In this document: in pieces, positions 32,382 through 34,086 of the stretch | Layout: the number at the start of each line of letters is the position of its first letter | Numbering within the stretch: position 1 is the stretch's first letter | Origin: a virus | Lineage: Duplodnaviria > Caudoviricetes | DNA: 34,086 nucleotides | Strand: one strand, 5' to 3' | Virus record (IMG/VR): IMGVR_UViG_3300044670_001784 | Coordinates: 1 to 34,086 of that record | Program-made: the position numbers and the translations under genes | The notes under the pieces: model-generated | Told to the model about the DNA's origin: nothing | What the model saw: only the letters and a program-made list of their open reading frames with translations | Database searches by the model: none

Positions 32382-32498
32382 CTACTTAGCGGGCTTCTTT
32401 TTTTTGGGAGGAGCGGATTTCTTCTTTGGGGTCATCATCTGTTCGATGGCCTGGGCAGCATCGCGATGACCTTGTGGTCCGTTTTTATAGGGCTTCAT
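32382..32498 (-). CDS. Small Lys/Pro-rich basic peptide (38 aa)
   Basis: Not in the ORF track; MKPYKNGPQGHRDAAQAIEQMMTPKKKSAPPKKKKPAK; stop abuts the next ATG. Confidence 0.6.
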   Translation of the reverse strand: MKPYKNGPQGHRDAAQAIEQMMTPKKKSAPPKKKKPAK

Positions 32499-32559
32499 TT
32501 GCACCACGCAATTTAAGAGGGATATCTATTTTCCCTCGTAAAAACTTGTTACATAACCC

Positions 32560-33963
32560 CTAGACCATATTTAGATTCCTGCGGATCGGCTTGTTCCAGT
32601 TGGTGCTGTTTGATCCACCGTGGATGACCGTGGCCGCCTCAACAGCAAACGTTAGACAAACAGCATCCGCCCTGTCGGGACTCGCCAGACCTCGCTTGCT
32701 CATCTCTGCTTTGGATTCGATTTGTAGCTTGCCGCTTGATGTGAATTTATATTTGATTGCGACCAACTCAGCCAGAAGATGATCATCCATTGGCATACTT
32801 ACGTCCCGGGCTTCTAGCCAGGCTTTCAGCTTGTACCAGAGCTCCGCTCTGAGGTTGAGGTAAGTGCCGCGCAGTGATGGGCTTTCGGCAGTATTAACGC
32901 CCACGGCAGGCAATTGCAGCTCTCTCAATCGATCACAGACGCCACCACCAACACCGATTGAGTCTACGCAGATTGTTGCCGGCTGCGACCTGGGCAGGCA
33001 GCTTTCATACTCAGCAACAACCGCTCCGGTCAATTGCATCAGGTCGAGCCCGCGCCATGTTTCCATCGCTAGAATCTTACGGCCCTGGCGCTTGCAGAGT
33101 ACGCTAGACGCACTCCCGAAGCGCGCAACGTCTAAGCCCCAGATAATCGGCTCATCGTCAGTTACCTGTACATCACGCTTCTGCGCGCTTTCAACGAGTT
33201 CCAGCGGGATAACAGTGTCATCGTCTCTAGCGGGGAAATCACCTAACACGCGGACCCGGTAGGCATTGCTCTCTTCGCCATATCTGACTTTCATCTCATC
33301 AACATATTCTTCAGAGACGAGTCCTGAGTCAACGCAGCTCACCTTTCTCGTCCACCACTCGCCTGCTTGACGATGATGCGTATCAAAGAAAAATCCTGAC
33401 GATCGAGTTGGGTTGCCTAACAGGATAGTACTGGCGTTATGACCGGACATCGATCCCGCCGCAGCTTCGAAGACTTGCTCGGGAATACCTGATGCCTCAT
33501 CGCATATAAGCAACACGTTATCGGAGTGTACGCCCTGGAGCGCTTCAGGTGTTTCTGCGCGGCTAGTTCGACAGCTTATGAATGCTTCACTGGGCGCAGC
33601 CTTATGACTTACGCGATCGCTCTTAACATCAAGGATTTCTTTTAGGGCGAGCGGCAGCTCATTAATCCAGCGCTTAACTTCAGCAAACAACGCATCGAAC
33701 AACTGCGCGCTCGTTGGGGCAGTTACAACAATCTTGACGGGGTATCGAGTAATTAGAAACCAAAGCATCAGCCAAGAAGCGGCAGTCGATTTGCCGACAC
33801 CATGACCGGACCTGATACTTAGTTTTCGCTCGCCATCGCAAACTGCTTTCATCAAGTCAGCTTGCCAGGCTTGCGGCTTTACGTTTAGGACATGCTCTAC
33901 AAACGCGACCGGGTCATTCCGATAGCGCAGTAAAAACTCTTTATAGGGGTTTTCTTCTGCCAT
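32560..33963 (-). CDS. terL: Terminase large subunit
   Basis: Walker A SGHGVGKS, Walker B LICDEASG, LLGNP; nuclease motifs GLDVARFG and SPDRADA; likely start ATG 33963. Confidence 0.93.
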   Translation of the reverse strand: MAEENPYKEFLLRYRNDPVAFVEHVLNVKPQAWQADLMKAVCDGERKLSIRSGHGVGKSTAASWLMLWFLITRYPVKIVVTAPTSAQLFDALFAEVKRWINELPLALKEILDVKSDRVSHKAAPSEAFISCRTSRAETPEALQGVHSDNVLLICDEASGIPEQVFEAAAGSMSGHNASTILLGNPTRSSGFFFDTHHRQAGEWWTRKVSCVDSGLVSEEYVDEMKVRYGEESNAYRVRVLGDFPARDDDTVIPLELVESAQKRDVQVTDDEPIIWGLDVARFGSASSVLCKRQGRKILAMETWRGLDLMQLTGAVVAEYESCLPRSQPATICVDSIGVGGGVCDRLRELQLPAVGVNTAESPSLRGTYLNLRAELWYKLKAWLEARDVSMPMDDHLLAELVAIKYKFTSSGKLQIESKAEMSKRGLASPDRADAVCLTFAVEAATVIHGGSNSTNWNKPIRRNLNMV

Positions 33964-34084
33964 TAAGTGCTCGCTTAACTGCCATGTGTGATGTCGGCAG
34001 ATCATAGAGCGCAGAAACTTGTTCCGCTATGGTGCGCAGGCTTTTACCTTGATGCTTCAGCGCAACCATCGTCGCGACAGCACG
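33941..34084 (-). CDS. Partial ORF: C-terminal HTH (resolvase-like) upstream of terL
   Basis: Truncated by the window edge; ...LKHQGKSLRTIAEQVSALYDLPTSHMAVKRALNGRRKPL*. Confidence 0.6.
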   Translation of the reverse strand, partial: RAVATMVALKHQGKSLRTIAEQVSALYDLPTSHMAVKRALNGRRKPL

Positions 34085-34086
34085 AG

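Noticed and set aside
32517-32537. GAGGGA...TCCCTC inverted repeat after terL as a terminator
   Set aside because: It has only a 6-bp stem with a 9-nt loop and no convincing U-tract; a function cannot be supported.

Overview
Most of the genome of a temperate tailed phage with a podovirus-like organisation (about 50% GC; the gene set resembles that of marine proteobacterial short-tailed phages). No host genes are visible, and an intact attP (3' end of a tRNA, probably Leu) lies between phage genes, so this is the excised or virion form. From left to right: (1) an iteron-rich replication origin with an IHF site, an HNH-type nuclease and a Prim-Pol/RepA-type primase-helicase; (2) a divergent cro/cI switch with 19-bp operators; (3) a Sak4-like ATPase/SSB/Cas4-like recombination module; (4) a C5 DNA methyltransferase split over two fully overlapping reading frames; (5) small early genes, xis, a tyrosine integrase and attP; (6) a single minus-strand late operon (terL, accessory gene, portal, scaffold, capsid, adaptor, tail proteins and fibre, lysis genes, nozzle, GNAT-like gene and five putative internal/ejection proteins). 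Two observations stand out. The first is the dual-frame methyltransferase, with tandem GTGTG starts and three WPTP modules. The second is a 938-aa ejection protein whose N-arm and C-arm repeats are duplicated in mirror order at a constant ratio of about 1:2.1, which suggests a long strand-helix hairpin ruler or tube. All family assignments come from motif recognition by eye; no searches were run.
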